A stretch of 64,000 bases of DNA from Ascidiella aspersa (Eukaryota): assembly GCA_963924565.1 (NCBI GenBank), contig OZ004612.1:8928001-8992000 (forward strand), in the 5' to 3' direction. The notes beneath the pieces were generated by a model, which had not been told where the DNA came from, did no database searches, and was given only the letters and a program-made list of their open reading frames with translations. Below are positions 38,722 through 52,845 of the stretch, piece by piece. The position numbers and the translations under genes were made by a program. Position 1 is the first letter of the stretch, and every line of letters starts with the position of its first letter.

Positions 38722-39525
38722 CTGAAAATAGATCACCATTAAAGTGCATCTTTTACATGATATTTAACTTAAAAAGGACAAAATCATAGGAATAACTACA
38801 ACAATTCATGTTCATTAAAATTTCACAACAGCGTTCCAAACTGAAGTAAAGAGGGTTTACCTTAAAATGAAGACATTCACATTTTTAAAAAGAAGAATTA
38901 AAAAAAAGGAAAAACTTGACCTATTGTCCTGTGAAAAGATGATTTTTTTAATTCGGTGCTTTAGAATTTTTTTGTTGTAATTGTGCGGCACACTAAACGA
39001 AATTTCTAATATTTCATTTTTATCCTTTACAAAAAAATTAATAAACGTTGTTAAAATCGACAGTTTTGTCGCAGGAGGCATGTTCACATGTCTCCACCTT
39101 GGATTTGTCCTGTAGTGGATAATTACTTTTATATATTAAAAACTACTTAAATCCATTGTGTTAACCAGGGATTTTCAAACTAGAAATTTCATTTAAAACA
39201 CCTCACTATCTTTCACCACCGATTGAAAATCTTTGTTTTAATTGATGTAAGTGCAGGGTTTTTTGTTTTAATTGATGTAAGTGCATTTAAACTATATTAT
39301 AATACCAACCCTAACCAAGCGGATAAGCTTCTTTGGTTGTATTCAAACACTTACTTCAGATTACAAATTTTAATTTACCAAATCTAAAACGTATCGGCTT
39401 ATGTGTTAAAGTACTCGGCGACCCAAGTGCTTTATTTAAGCCCATAGCGTAAAACAAGTAGTTGCAAGTTTCACATCACAACGCCATAAGATTAATGTTG
39501 CTTTTGGACAGGTATTTTTTCTTAC

Positions 39526-39583
39526 CTTTGGGTCCAAAGAGCGCAGAATAGCAGGGGATGTCGCAATACGGCTTGTTGTTGTG
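39526..39583 (-). CDS. CRIP: CRIP exon 3 ([19 protein letters not shown])
   Basis: Acceptor TTTTTAG| and donor G|GTAAG. End of the LIM domain, matching CRIP KPYCxxPCYxxxFGPK. Confidence 0.93.
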
Positions 39584-40142
39584 CTAAAAATCGGAAAATA
39601 CGTTTTATTGAATTGTATATTAAAGGACGAATCAAAGGGATTTCTAACATGACCACTTGCCTAATATGGCCCCTCTATACTAATGCGTCATCGTTTACAA
39701 GTTTACCACTTTTTAAGCAATTTTATTTTTTTGCATTTTCTCAAACCTGACTGCAGTTACTGATCCAGAACGGCCGAACAACTGGCATTTATTCCCCTAA
39801 ACGTTCTCTTGAGTATCATGAAAATCGCAATACTACTATGGGTAGAAGTTGAAGTACAGGGGATTTTAATTACAATATTTTGTCAGAAAGTAAGAAAATT
39901 GTGCCTTTCAGAAAAACATTTTCTATTACAGCTCTTCTCTAAGTAAGTGAACATAATGGAATCAAATACACTCAAAAAGGAAATTTTGTATGCAGCAGTT
40001 AAAATTTATCTTCGATTGCATTTTTTTCGATCACAGCAGAGAAAAAAGGCCGCTCAAAACTCGGTGTGAATAGCTGTGCGATGCTCGTTACACGGTCGAG
40101 TCAAGCCTCTGGGAAAATTCCTCGTTATTCAATCAATCTCAC

Positions 40143-40237
40143 CTCGGAATGCTTTCCGGGAGTCAGAGTTTTCCTGCATTTGTCGCATCTCAGACAGGCT
40201 TTGTGCCAGATCTTTTCGATTGATTTGATCTTTTCAG
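40143..40237 (-). CDS. CRIP: CRIP exon 2 (AEKIKSIEKIWHKACLRCDKCRKTLTPGKHSE)
   Basis: Acceptor TTTTGCAG| and donor GAG|GTGAG. LIM motif WHxxCxxCxxC. Phases 1 and 0 fit the neighbouring exons. Confidence 0.93.
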
Positions 40238-40304
40238 CTGCAAAACACAGCGGAACTGCTTTGTAATTCGTCGCTACTCAGCAGACGGGATGACCAATGA
40301 TAAA

Positions 40305-40669
40305 AGATCGGATCCTATACCCGATACCAAGTGCTAGTATTGCTACTCGTTTTATATATAGGGTGTTATAGTTGTAGATCCGATACGAAATTACATAGGA
40401 ATTTCACCTTTGATTTGCGATTCAACACAACGATTCTACATTGCAGGCTATATTATTCAAAAAATAGTATTTTCAACAATTGGATGCTGCTAAACTTCTC
40501 AACGATAAAGCAGATTGTGACCTAATAACCTGGAAATGCTTATTAACGTTTTAATTTTTTGTACTTTGCTTGTTTGAGCATAGTTATGACATCATCTGGT
40601 ATCGGATCGCGGTGATTTTTGTCTACAATTTCGTGTATCGAAATAAAATGTTAAGTATGGACATCCCTA
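40305..40669. mobile_element. Degenerate TAGGGATG-family MITE in CRIP intron 1
   Basis: GATCGGATC/CCGATAC motifs. Right end GGACATCCCTA is the reverse complement of the family TIR. Confidence 0.55.
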
Positions 40670-41779
40670 CTCAACAGGGTTGTGCATATCTGGGTTTGAA
40701 CATCACACTTTCTTTATTTACAGTGGCCGCAACGGCGTTCCGGTAAAGCATTTTTGCTGGTAAACCGTACAGGTAAAAATGATGTTCTTAATTCCACTGT
40801 AGAGAGACTATAGATCACACCCCAGATTTAAATTTGCCAATTTGACCTTCATTCTTATGCATGACATTAAACGATAAGCCAGGGTTTCTCTAAGTTGTTT
40901 GTTTTATAATCTAACTTTGTGACGTGATCTCTAGAAAATTATTCCACGCTCACATCTGGTTATTTACTTCATTGCATCATGCGGAAAACATTTGCCGGGG
41001 AATTTGCCTTAAGAACCTATATATCGGCCCGCAATAATTTTAGAATTCAGTATTTATGCGATTGTTGCCTTTTAAACGTACAGGCAGCAAAGTGTACACC
41101 GATGCATCAACACAATAACAAAAACCCTACCCTATGATCAGGAAGAAATTTGACATTTTCAGTAATAAATTTTACAATTATATTAAATACTGTCTTTATA
41201 GCTTTGGAAATTACATTTTAATGCATATTGCGATGCCAAATAGGTTGATTTTAAACTTCCTTTTAAAGGTATACTCAAAAGGAGCATTAAACTAACCTTA
41301 AATAAACAGCTGCTACCAGGCATAGTAATATAAATATTAAAAACACCTCGTCTTGTAATTATAATTGTAACATTGGTTAACAATTACAATTTCAAGAGGA
41401 GCTTACTTTGATTACTATAACCTCAATAGGGCTGACAATTGGACTTGAAATCGCAAATAGTTAGCGGTGTAGGACTAATTAACGTCAATGACATATTATG
41501 CCATATAATTGACTATTGTATTATGTATATTTCCAACAGTGCTGAAACTGCCGAGGGATACCCGCGAGGCGTGAGCGGCCTTAATCTGTGACTGAAACAT
41601 AATGGTTGTTGCGAAGCAAAGCGCACTAAAAGGTTCCTTTGTTGCCCTTGTTTAGGCAACACATACTTAACAGAGGCTTTCTAGAGGTCACATTCTGGTG
41701 AAACACACAAATCCGGTTTTTAACGCGTGTTTCGAGAAAGCAGGCGAAACCAGAGTGGGAATGCTGAAAGACAATTTAC

Positions 41780-42110
41780 CAGTGTTGTAATGACTTGAAG
41801 TTTTGTCAAGTTGTTAGCCCAAAAGACTTAAAAAATGACTTACGTTAAAAGAAGTTTTTTCATTGAGCATTTGTTTTATAAAATGTGGTTAAATATGCTA
41901 TTTTTTCTGCAAAACAATTTGCTTGCTATATGTTGCGAGGTATTTCTTGTAGTCAAGATAGTTTACCGATTTTAGTATTTTATTGTCTAATTTTTATGAC
42001 AAGGACTTGGCCTAAAATTGACCTACTATTCAAATGACTTGATTGGACTTAGGTTATTTTACGAATGGCTTGACTGGGACTTCAGTCATTTTAAAATGAC
42101 AATCTAATTA
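41780..42110. mobile_element. Degenerate CAGTGTTG/GACTT-family MITE
   Basis: Starts CAGTGTTGTAATGACTTG. GACTGGGACTTCAGTCATTT near the right end is shared with 63670. Confidence 0.6.
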
Positions 42111-43135
42111 CTATCCAACAATAATGGTTTATTCGGCTGTCCCGCCAACAAGTTTTGCCCATTGCCCCCAAACAATTAAGAGTGGCCTTGCCTAATTACA
42201 TTTGCGGGGTGGGTTTACAGTACACCGGTGTCAATGGATGTGCACCGTAGACACTAGGGAGGTGCACCAAAATACGTATGGGGTACACGTACACTAGTAA
42301 AAAAGGGTGTAAAGGGGTGCATGACGAACCTTTAACACTAAACAGATGTTTTTTTCAAGAAAAACCTTTTGTTAGAGCCAGTGGTGAACGTAAGCCGGAC
42401 CTGTTCGAAACGGCGTTCTGTCAAAATAATTCTTGCATGTACGCCGTATCAGTAAAAAAATACAAATTTTACCAGGCCATCTTGCCATCACCTTAAATGC
42501 GTTTAAACTAAAATTTAGATTGTTGTACTTTACATCATTCGATAACCTGAGGTCACTTGTGTTAGATGTTCGTTGCGTTATGACGTTAATTTGTGACGTC
42601 ATATTTCAAAAATGTTTGCGTTTCGTTAAGAAAATTATTCTAATTTCACCACTATTTGGAACCAACCAATGGCCTACATAATTTGACACTAATTCTGCAC
42701 ACATGTTAAAGTATGCTGCGTAACAATCAGGCCACAAGCAGCAGACAATACGCCATTAATTGAATTGTATAGCTAATCTATTCAATCAGGATACTTTATT
42801 TACAGGGAAGCACACAATAGGACCTGTAAATCAATAATGCTTACATCGGATTATTACCATAGTATTAAGCTATTTTGCACCTGTTTACCCTTGGTTGTGG
42901 GTGGGTAATGTATTTTAAAGTTAATGGTTTTGGTCTTATTCAGACGGGTTTAGGTCATATTCCGATGTACTGTAGCCTGTGTGATTTAAATCTTGTTCAA
43001 AATCCTAAGCCCGAATACAAACAAAATAAATTCTGAAAGAAAACAGAGATAGAAAAGGCGATTTCTGGAAAACAAATATGTAAATTTAAATCTCGGAAGA
43101 CGAATTGAATCACACATTTCCATTTATTAAACTAT

Positions 43136-43490
43136 AGGAGTGTTTCGTAACCTTTTTAGCGCTCGTACCCTATGAGTATTCATGAAATTTTTTCTCGTAC
43201 CTCTTGTCTACAATGGTCGACGGAAGTAAATATAATTGTAATAATAGACATTAAACTCAGTGTATTTATAACCTAAGTGTTGAGTGCAACAGTCTTGTAG
43301 GTTTAACAAAATTTACAACGCCCAAACAATCGGTAAGTTTACTAATGACTTTTTATTTTTGCTTTTCGTAAATTACGCATTCTTCACAAATGCCTAAATA
43401 GCGCATAACTTTATAATGCATGTCGTACCACTGCTTTGGTGCTTCGTACCACCAAGGGATATACGTACCCCTGGTTTAAAAAACAGGATT
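43136..43490. mobile_element. Degenerate hAT MITE related to 53871-54362
   Basis: Repeated CGTACC subterminal motifs at both ends. TIRs are decayed. Confidence 0.5.
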
Positions 43491-43683
43491 AGAGAGACAA
43501 ATAAACTTAAGTTTAATTAGTTGTTGGTTGATAACACGTAACAACAAAAGTCATTCAAAGAGATTTTTAATGTTGTAATGCAACAGTATTTTAGCTATAT
43601 TAAAATGGGTGCATGAGTTCGTCAACATTCTACGTGTTTTCACCGTAAAAAAACGGTTGAAAAGCACTTCCATACACACTCAC

Positions 43684-43726
43684 CGAAATAAACAGTTTTC
43701 CCGCATCCTGCGCACTTGTCCGGCAT
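43684..43726 (-). CDS. CRIP: CRIP exon 1 (MPDKCAGCGKTVYF) of an 81-aa cysteine-rich intestinal protein (single LIM domain)
   Basis: ATG followed by CxxC..VYF, donor G|GTGAGT. The four exons join in frame to give 81 aa with the CRIP1-type LIM plus Gly tail. Confidence 0.92.
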
Positions 43727-46700
43727 GTTTTCGCCTGAATGCGACGTTCCAAGAGCAGAATTAAACGTTAAATTGCTTGCTAATAACTGAAAAGAGAACA
43801 ACACTGTTTTTAAGCTCAGCATTAATTGCGTTGTATAAACTGTTGCTACCATGCATAGTAATACAAATAAAAAAACAGGCTCCTCTAGTAATTTAAATTC
43901 TTGACCAACGTTTCGGCAACCTATGCAAGCCGCCTTCGTCAAGGTGAATGACACCAAACGCTTGTACGGATTGCGTTGTGCTGGCAATCGAAAGGCACTC
44001 TATAATTCGCTCAAATCAAAATCACGTGCTTGGTTAACTGTTTGCTGCTACGGTGAACGACCCCCGTGTTCCGTTCGAACGCATATATTTATTATATTGA
44101 CAACAATAGTGCTCTAAATATAGCGAGAGGCACATCGTAACCGAAAACCAATCAAAGATAGATGATTAAGTTTACGAACGCTATTTTCTAAACACAGCCC
44201 AATACAGGTTTGGCGATTGATAGGCGGCTGCTTTTAACCCTACTAAATCGCCAGCAACGAACACTCGAACGTGTATGGCTGGTCGCAAGAGTCCATTCCG
44301 AGTAATTTGCATGCGTATATTGGAGCGTTTGTTTACTACAGCGCTAAATCTCTACACCGAATTGCGTGGTAACAGATATATATCGTGTTTATAGATATAC
44401 GACTGTTTGTAAAACGCTGCTCTGGCTGCTTGTTAATATATTTCCCGATACAGTACACACGTCATATCAATCTGATTTGACATTTATTTTACACTATTTG
44501 AAAAAAATCATCACCGGTAACCATTGCTAATATAATAAATCAACTATTTCTGCTCCTAACTATTTAACTTTACTCACTGACAGTTTTCATACTCCGTATA
44601 TAATGAAAGCCTGTTTACAAGTTTACCCACTTCACTTATCGTATCTCACTCGAATCTTCTGTTTTTGTGGTGTAACCAGACCGTATTTAAGGATCATGCC
44701 CCTTCCTAACTGAAGTTCCACCTTTAAAATATTTCAATTTCTTCAAGGTGCTAAATTTATTCTGCGCTTTGATGGTATATCCACATTTTACAAAAATATC
44801 CAAACGGACCAGCCAAATGTTGGCGTTACAAGAACGGCAGCGACCAGCTTGTTAAAAATACTTAACGTTTGTGCTTTGAACACTTGTTTGTATGGGCGCC
44901 CGATGTACACAACGCTGTCATAACAGGGCCTCGTCCCGTCGACATCGTGTTCATTCAATTGGGCTACACTGCAGGTCTGACCACTATGGCTGTTTACTAC
45001 CAGGTACAACATCAAAACAATTTCAATGTACGTTGGCAATGAAAGTAAGTTCTGCGAGCCAATTCTGGCATTTCAGATTGACATTTGCTGTTCACTGCTG
45101 GCAACCCATTCATTCAAACCCGCTTTGAGATTCGCATGACACCTCGATACAACACAGCACACAACAATGCAACTTCAGCTCTTCTAGCAGCCAACAGTTA
45201 AACGCGGCAAAGCTATCGTCGTTATTGCTATTCTATTCTATCCTTTGTAACCAACCGCAATTCAGAACCAGATTGTCCCGTCCAGAATAAAGGAAAGTGC
45301 TTGCACGAATGGCGAGAAACCAGCACAGTGGACTGCAGAGATGAAACCCGATGCCGACTGTTGTCGCAAAGCCTTTATGCCGCAGCCTCCCCGAGCCAAA
45401 TTTGATTAGCAATGGTGCGCGGCAGTTGGCAGATGGGACGGCCGAGCTTCAAAACCTAATTCGCTTGTTAAGCTATACTAGACGCCAAGTAGCCGATAGA
45501 TCGCAAAGGTTCGGTTTTACCTTACGCTACCATTGCGATTACCGGGATAGGTGCTCGCAATGCAGATTATTTGGCGGCGTAACCTTCTAACTGTTTACCC
45601 AAAGAATACAGCACGTTTAACTTGTTTTGCTGAAAAGTGTCAACGCGGGGAATAAGTATAGGCGCTTTACCTTAGTTCGCCACATAACGTCGTTGTTTTA
45701 TCGTAAAAACCTACGCTCATGATGCATTTATTTCAGAATTCGCTTGCGTATAAACGTTGAACACCCCCGACCGCACTTTCGAATACCAAAGTACAATACA
45801 AAGTTATAATTCAGTGTGAAATTTAAAATATGCGATTTGGTCTTGGCTTTAATACGGACTTTAAATGTTCGAATTCAACTATTTTTAGTAAATTGGCCTT
45901 AGTGATTCTTGTTTGATCCTAATGACTGGCATTCCATCCAGCCGCCGTACTATATTGGACATTATTGAAGTTATTAGTGTTGGAATGCCGTACATATCTT
46001 AAAACAACAATATTTATAAAAATTTCCAGTAGTTTAATTCTGGTATCTGAAAGTGCAATTTCTTTAAAGCATTTTTCAACATTTCGAACTCCGAATACCA
46101 AAAATTGTGAGCGAAACAAAACTGAAAGACTTGTGGTGTTTATATACGTATGCAAAGCCCCGACGCAACACAAAGACTTCAAATCAAAAAGTCTAAGATT
46201 GCCTGTTGACGGCAATTTACTTTGCTTATGCATTATTAACAACCGCGGCGGGCGGCTTAGCCGGAACGTTGTGCTTACGAAGTAATTAGCTGCAAAGCGT
46301 GCTACTTGGTGTACCTTTGTCAAACTATAGTGGCAAATATTAAAAAACTGTTATATTTCGAACAAAAAACTCACACTAGGGAAAATAACTGAAGCGTTCA
46401 ATGAAAATCTGTAAACTATTACCAGTATGTTTTCTTCCATTTTAATTTGTTCACGCTGAAACCTTAACTGCAACATGAACAATTTCAAATGTGTGCCATC
46501 AAAGATATGTTTCATTTACCAACTACAGTTGCGATAATAAAAAATCTAATTTGCTAGGCTTGCCAAAATTTCAATACGACTAATCATTTCGTCTTAAATT
46601 ATGCCCTGTCTTGACTGTGGGCTTCTCCGAAACCGCAAAAAGCTAACAAAAAGAGTTTAAATTATTAACCTTAGCTTTCACCTGAAACTGTAACGCGAAC

Positions 46701-48367
46701 GATTCGGAGTATATCGCGTTCAAAGCGGCTCGCGTTTTCAATTACAACAAGAAGTTTCTTTGCGGCAGGGCTTTACACCAGAAACCGTCACGGCCATGGC
46801 GTGTATATGCCACAGCACACAAAGCTCTCTAACTACCCTCAAAACTAATTAGCGCGCCGTCGCCTGAACGCCGCGGTTCGCCTGGCAATGAAATTGACAC
46901 AAGTTTTACCACCGTCCGGGCAAGTAGTTTATCGATTCGCGTTGACCTATAATCCGCATCGAGGGCGCTCTGCGAATTCGTTTTACGACGCCCGGGCCCG
47001 GCCATTGGATCTTGTATTTGCACAGCATCTGTCGGACATGTTAACGCATTCTTGTGTATACTGTTTATGTTCAGTAGCCGGCAAACATAAGGCGACTCAA
47101 TTTTATCGCTTTGCTTTCACGGAGTACTGTTGAAAATTTTTACCCTATACAGCAGTGGCTTTCAAAACTTATTTTAGCTTGCGGTTCATTGCTTACATAA
47201 TAAAATTCGCGGCACACGGCATTGGACCATTGGTAATACAAGTAGGTTATATTCCAAATCTCTACAAAACGTTTTGCGGCACACTTAACAATCGCACATT
47301 TTACTACACACCACTTGATCTCAGAAAAATCTATTTTTTGTCTCTCCTTAATCGTAAAACACACAAGTTAATTAGCCAAACACTTAACGAAAGGCGCAAC
47401 AAGACGGTCCCTGAATATACAAAGAAGCAATAGCTTGAGCGGGATGATAAATTAAACTTGCATAACAATTTTCCGCTGAAGGGCGACAAGCTGCTCGCGT
47501 ACCGCTTGGAAACAGTTCGCGTAAAACTAGTGGTACGACAAGAAAATGTTAAGGCGGTCACTAAAGCAGCATTTCGCTTTGAATATTAACAACCGTGAAG
47601 TTACCTTGTGTATCGTCTTTCATGCTCGAAGTTTCGTATTGGCTTTGCGCAACGCTGTGCTGCCGTTACAATGGGTCATTGCCAAAACGGGCAAGGGGCG
47701 CAATACTAGATAGTTTTCTTTTTCACTTTAAGAAATCAATAAAAATGGTAGTTGTCTATAAAATACATTTAAATGGTACATTGCCTACTATTAAAACCAA
47801 CTGTAAACAAAATTGAAAGACGGTTAGTCCCAGCAAAAATTAGTTAAAGCTTCGCCTACATAAATTGCAGAAAATCATATTCACAACATGCCTTTAGAGA
47901 CCAGTAAACAGCATTTGACAGGCACTTCAAATATTCCAAGCAAAACGCAGTACAGCCTACGCTATTCAGTAAACAGTCCTGGTCGCGGCTTCTCTAAGTT
48001 TGCTAACACGGATTCCTTTCACCCTCTGACGCACAGCTCTGTCCCCCTTGCTTTCCAAAATTGGCGCGGCCAGTCGCTTGGCAATCAACTTATTATCGCA
48101 AGAGATTGACTTGGGTGGCAGTTGACGGTACGCAGCGGGCAAGATGACATTTCCAAGTGTCGACTCCTGCGCAACAGTGACAGCCCGCGTATTTCTGCAA
48201 AATGACCGCACTTTATTACGCGCACAGCGTTGTGGCTAAGGGGTGACCTGCTTGACTTTGAACATCGTTCAACGTAGGCGAGTATCTTACGGAAATAGTC
48301 ACGTGCAGTGCACTAGTTTGCACTTAGTGATCGATAATCCTGAAAGCTATTTTTTGCACATCTACAC

Positions 48368-48810
48368 TAGGGATGTCCGATAATATCGGATCGGAGCCGA
48401 AACCCGATGCCGAGTGGTGGAATCGGTAAACGTCCGATACTCGGGTGGTATCGGTGCCGATCCGATACCAAATTAGTTTGACCATTTCCGATACCGAGTG
48501 ATAGTATCGGTGCCGATCCGATACCGAGTGATAGTATCGGTCGATCCGATACCGAGTGATAGTATTTTGCAAAACTACTCCGAGTTTTCCATTTAAAAAG
48601 TTATTTTGTTAGAAAATAGCATGATTACAATAAAGGTAACTAGGCTTCCAGCGATAACCTTCGCGCGTTACAATTTTGCCAATTTTGCGTATTTGACAAT
48701 AACAATGACGTCGTTTGGTATCGGATCAGATCGGCGGTACGTTTGCCAAAAATATCGCATATCGGTATCGGAATATAATACGAAGTATCGAAAATCTGGT
48801 AAGCCCTCTA
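48368..48810. mobile_element. MITE of the TAGGGATGTCCGAT-TIR family with internal ~29-bp tandem repeats
   Basis: Starts TAGGGATGTCCGATAATATCGGATCGG. About three copies of CCGATACCGAGTGATAGTATCGG at ~48488-48565. GTATCGG motifs at the right end. Confidence 0.75.
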
Positions 48811-50019
48811 TTTAGATTTATATGTAAGTGTTAAGGCTAAACTTTGCATACAGTCTTATAGCGATAACTTTGTATACTTTTCTATACAAGTTTCTCTATA
48901 GACCATCTAATGCCAAATATTGCAAAATATAAAAACCTTTTACTAATTCTAATCTACCACTGAAGGAGACTATTGGATACATTGAAAATCCAATGTTGCT
49001 CGCTACGTTATAGCATAAGTATAAAGCTCTTACCGTTCCTATTCCTAAATCCTGCAGTAATAACGTCGGACTTCCATATTTATTGGCCCTCATTAGGGAC
49101 GCCTAATCCCACCGGTAAACGACGTCAGGCGGTATAGGTTAGCGCGCGTCTTTAATATTCCCTCCGCCAAGACGGTTACAATTGTTTCCTGACGGGTTCC
49201 ATTCAATGGTGATCTACCATCAAGAAGCTATTGCGCTCATGTGCTTGCGTATTATGCTTTTAAGAATTTCAAGCAACAGGACCGTTTTGGCTATACAGTA
49301 AGAGGAGCTTTACAGCACAGTTGCGTATTTTGAAAGTTTTCACATTGTGAATCTCCCCTGACTTTATCAATATCTTGGCCTTCTGCAAAAGATTGAAGAA
49401 AAAACAAAAACGGTTTTACATATTTAATACAATGGTAAGTGGGTGGTTTCAGTTTGTTGCAAACATAAAATCCAACTTTGAAAGTAGAAATAAACAATAT
49501 AAGGTGTCCAGGTTACTGACCATACACAAGGTAGCATGTTGGGAAAGGACAAACAACTGAACATCGTTCAAACGATTCTTTTTTCTACCTTGGATTGAGT
49601 ATACAACTCGTAATATTCTCTCGAAAGATCGGGTTAGAAACACCCGTATAGGAAGTGATTTACTGATGATTTGGTCATAGGCTTACAGGCAATACAATGC
49701 AAGATAAATCAGTGGGGCATTTGTCTCTTGATTTCCTTAGTTACGACACATTTCTTGTCGCTGGTTCTTTCCTTGCACAAAAAACCGATGATCACAAACA
49801 GTTTGTAGCCACTTTATGATCGATTGAATTGAGCGTTTTGACGTTCAAATCTTTTAGCCGCGATCTCCCTATAAACCATTTAAAGACGATCCACAGTTTG
49901 GCACGGATGAGGTACAGAAGGATATGTGTGTTACAGACATCGCAGGGCAGACAAACAATACAAACGGAAATCGCGCGAAGTCGTGTAATACTTAAACGAT
50001 GTCATAAGTAGCGGAACTC

Positions 50020-50046
50020 GGTGGTGGTGGTGGTGGTGGTGGTGGT
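50020..50046 (+). repeat. (GGT)9 microsatellite
   Basis: Read directly from the sequence. Confidence 0.95.
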
Positions 50047-50328
50047 TCGTAGAGTAGTGGCCATAGTGTATCAGGCGCAGTAGAAAAGCTCAATATTTTC
50101 TAAAAATATTTGTACTTTTGCAAACACATTAATTTCCCCAAATAATAAACAGACAGTTTATGTGTGAGCGGTAGTTATATCATTTATTTAAGGTGTAATA
50201 CTGACTTGAGTTACTTGTGCAGCTCATTTCTTGCATTTTTAGAAAACGGTTTCAATCATATCTGAAAAGATTGCTGTTTGATGGTGATGGTAGTTGGCCT
50301 TTGAATTTTTCGAACCAACACCATACTG

Positions 50329-50493
50329 ATGCAATTCGTTAAGCACTGGTTTTTCAAAATGCGATTTCATACGTTCAAGCGGAATTGGAAAAAGTTTGTC
50401 GTTGCATCTTTGCTTATTATGCTTGTTGCCTTTATGTCTTTGGAATCCATCCTGAGTGAAGTGCTGGTAAAAGTGGAACACATCAGGAGTGAG
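50329..50493 (+). CDS. Glycosyltransferase coding exon 1: basic cytosolic tail plus signal anchor (..KRNWKKFVVASLLIMLVAFMSL..)
   Basis: Type II membrane N-terminus. Acceptor upstream at 50242 and donor GAG|GTACG, phase 0 matching exon 2. The start could instead be the second ATG at 50359. Confidence 0.7.
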
Positions 50494-51256
50494 GTACGAA
50501 AAATTCGTTTTAGGGCGTATTGCAAAACAAATTCCGTATTGCAAAACAAATTTCGCTTAAAGTAATATAAAACCTCTACGTTATGACTAAACTCTTTTAA
50601 ATACAACAGTAAATTTAACTAGACTGGTTTCTTTTTTAGAAAAGTACTTAAACTTTATTTGGCCCCTAAACATTTTATGAAAAGTGCGCCAAAGAATGTT
50701 TAGAGATGACGTCATGAATGGACGTCATACAACAAGTAGGCAAAACCTGCCGTTTTCTGTCCAACAAATGTGAAACTTTAAATTCGCTGACGTTCGCAGG
50801 TTATGGAGTAGTCATTTGAACCCGAACGTTCAAAGTCGTTCACCATTTTAACCCCATTTAATACGCCGCTGTCTATACGGGCCTATATAAGCGTCGTCTC
50901 TTGGTAAATTGCAGCTTTAGCATGAAATGAACAGTTTGTATCCTTTTTTCATACGACCGAGCGGTTTGTATTATCTTATTAACGGCGTAAATCAACTTAG
51001 TGTAGTGACTTTGTCTGGAGTTCAAGAAGTTATAAGAACTCTAGCGACCTGCTACTTGCAGTCAGATGCACCAAAAGACGTGTAAGAGACTTAGGCAGCC
51101 GTCGGCTCTCGCCTAATGGTCACGTGCCTCACCTAAACACCCTAAACTGTACAGCAACCAAATTAACTGGTGTAAATTGTCCCCGGAGCGCAGCCTTTTT
51201 GTGGTATATATACAATCAAACCACGGTGCACGATAGTAACGTCAGTTCATTTGCAG

Positions 51257-51557
51257 GCGAAGAACGAAACCCACCGGGACAGGCTAGCGCGGCGCGCAAG
51301 ACTCAAGGCCAACTGCCGGGTCCCCAGCGATGGCGGCTACGTCATATGTGACCGGCTACCGTTTACCGAAATCGAGTGCGGCGCGAGGCCGACGCAAAAA
51401 GGCGCGTACAAGATTAACAACACGGTGCACTTCGTCTGGCTGGGCGACGAGTACAAGATGAACTTCTTCCACGAGTATTTGGCAATGCGTTCGGTGGCCA
51501 GCATCCAGCGTCCGTCTGTCATCTACTTCCACCAGGGCCACAACAAGGAAAACATAA
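51257..51557 (+). CDS. Glycosyltransferase coding exon 2 (stem plus INNTVHFVWLG motif)
   Basis: Acceptor TTTGCAG|. IxxxxHFVW motif typical of GT32/DXD sugar-binding enzymes. Donor A|GTAAAG, phase 1. Confidence 0.85.
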
Positions 51558-51879
51558 GTAAAGGACACGCTGCTACTGTTCTGTCTTCATGCCGCTTACC
51601 AGTGTTGCGTTTTCGAATAACTTGAACTGACTAGAGCACATATACACTATAGGCATACACAAGTATACGCACTATACGTAAAGATTTATGTATCCATCAT
51701 GGTGAAACATTTAGCTTTGATCACGATGATGTCAATTTATTCGATAATTTTCGACTTTGATTTGAGATTCATTTTTAAGCTACATTCTACATCCGTGCAT
51801 AGTACCATAAGTTTATTGGTATCCATTAATGCATTCAAGATTTACTCCACCTTTTTGGTTTAACTTGAGTAGTTTTGAT

Positions 51880-52262
51880 GGAATTACTTGACTTGACTTC
51901 AATCGTTTGTACATAGGACTAGACTCGGACTTATGTCATTGAGTCATGCGACATGAGGTGAAATTAAGCGTTTTCGTTTGATATTTTAGTATTAAATGGA
52001 GCTATTTATCTCAAGTTTTGCACGTAAAACAATTTAATTGCTACGTGCTGTATTTATTATTTTTATTTGACAATTGCTCATATTCAGGTGACTTTTCCAA
52101 TTTTAATGCTTTATTAGCGATTTGACCTAAAGAAGACTTGCTGTAAAATCTGCTTGACTGGGACTTGACTTAGGCAATGATGAGTTGGACTGGGGTCGTT
52201 AATTTTTAAAAAGACGTACCATTTATTTTCACAAAATTTAAAACGGCTTGTTTACAACACTA
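51880..52262. mobile_element. Degenerate CAGTGTTG/GACTT-family MITE in GT intron 2
   Basis: GACTTGACTT repeats. Right end GGCTTGTTTACAACACT matches 9961-9978. Confidence 0.6.
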
Positions 52263-52606
52263 CTGCTTAACATTTAATCCCGAATGTTCGACTAAAGTCA
52301 GATTAATTCGTAAAAAATTGCGATTCATTTCAATAATAATAGGTTTGCTTGAAACTTGAGTGGTTGTCTTTTGCTTATTCTGTTTATTTCGCCACAAGAA
52401 AAAAGCGCAAAACTTCACGGTAAAATCGGTTGGTTAAAATTATAACTATATAAATCAGCATTAAATATCACGCTACCGGTATTTATGTAAATATTATTTG
52501 TTGTGAAAAGTAGCCGCTAGTTGCTAACTAACATAGTTGCATAATTTTTAGTTTGTTAATCACAAGCACGCTTTCTGATCTAAAATAAATTTTGTATTCC
52601 TTGCAG

Positions 52607-52698
52607 AAAAGACGGAACTCTGGAAAAGAGTGCTGAGAGAAATTCCATGTTTAGAGATTTTGCAGGTTACCGCTCCTTCAAACGCTTTTGGTAATCAG
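52607..52698 (+). CDS. Glycosyltransferase coding exon 3 (KKTELWKRVLREIPCLEILQVTAPSNAFGNQ)
   Basis: Acceptor CCTTGCAG| and donor CAG|GTAAGT. Frame is preserved. Confidence 0.85.
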
Positions 52699-52845
52699 GT
52701 AAGTTCAAAACTATCTGAGTAGTGCGTAATATTTTCTCATAAACTATTTCTTTATTGATCACAGGACGTTTCACTAACTTGCAATAAGAAATGCAACGAT
52801 AGGAAGCTTTTGGGAATTAGTTTATGGTTTTTCCTTTTATGCAAA

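Noticed and set aside
48488-48565. Short palindromic direct repeats resembling CRISPR
   Set aside because: There are no unique spacers, the context is eukaryotic, and they are subterminal repeats of a MITE.
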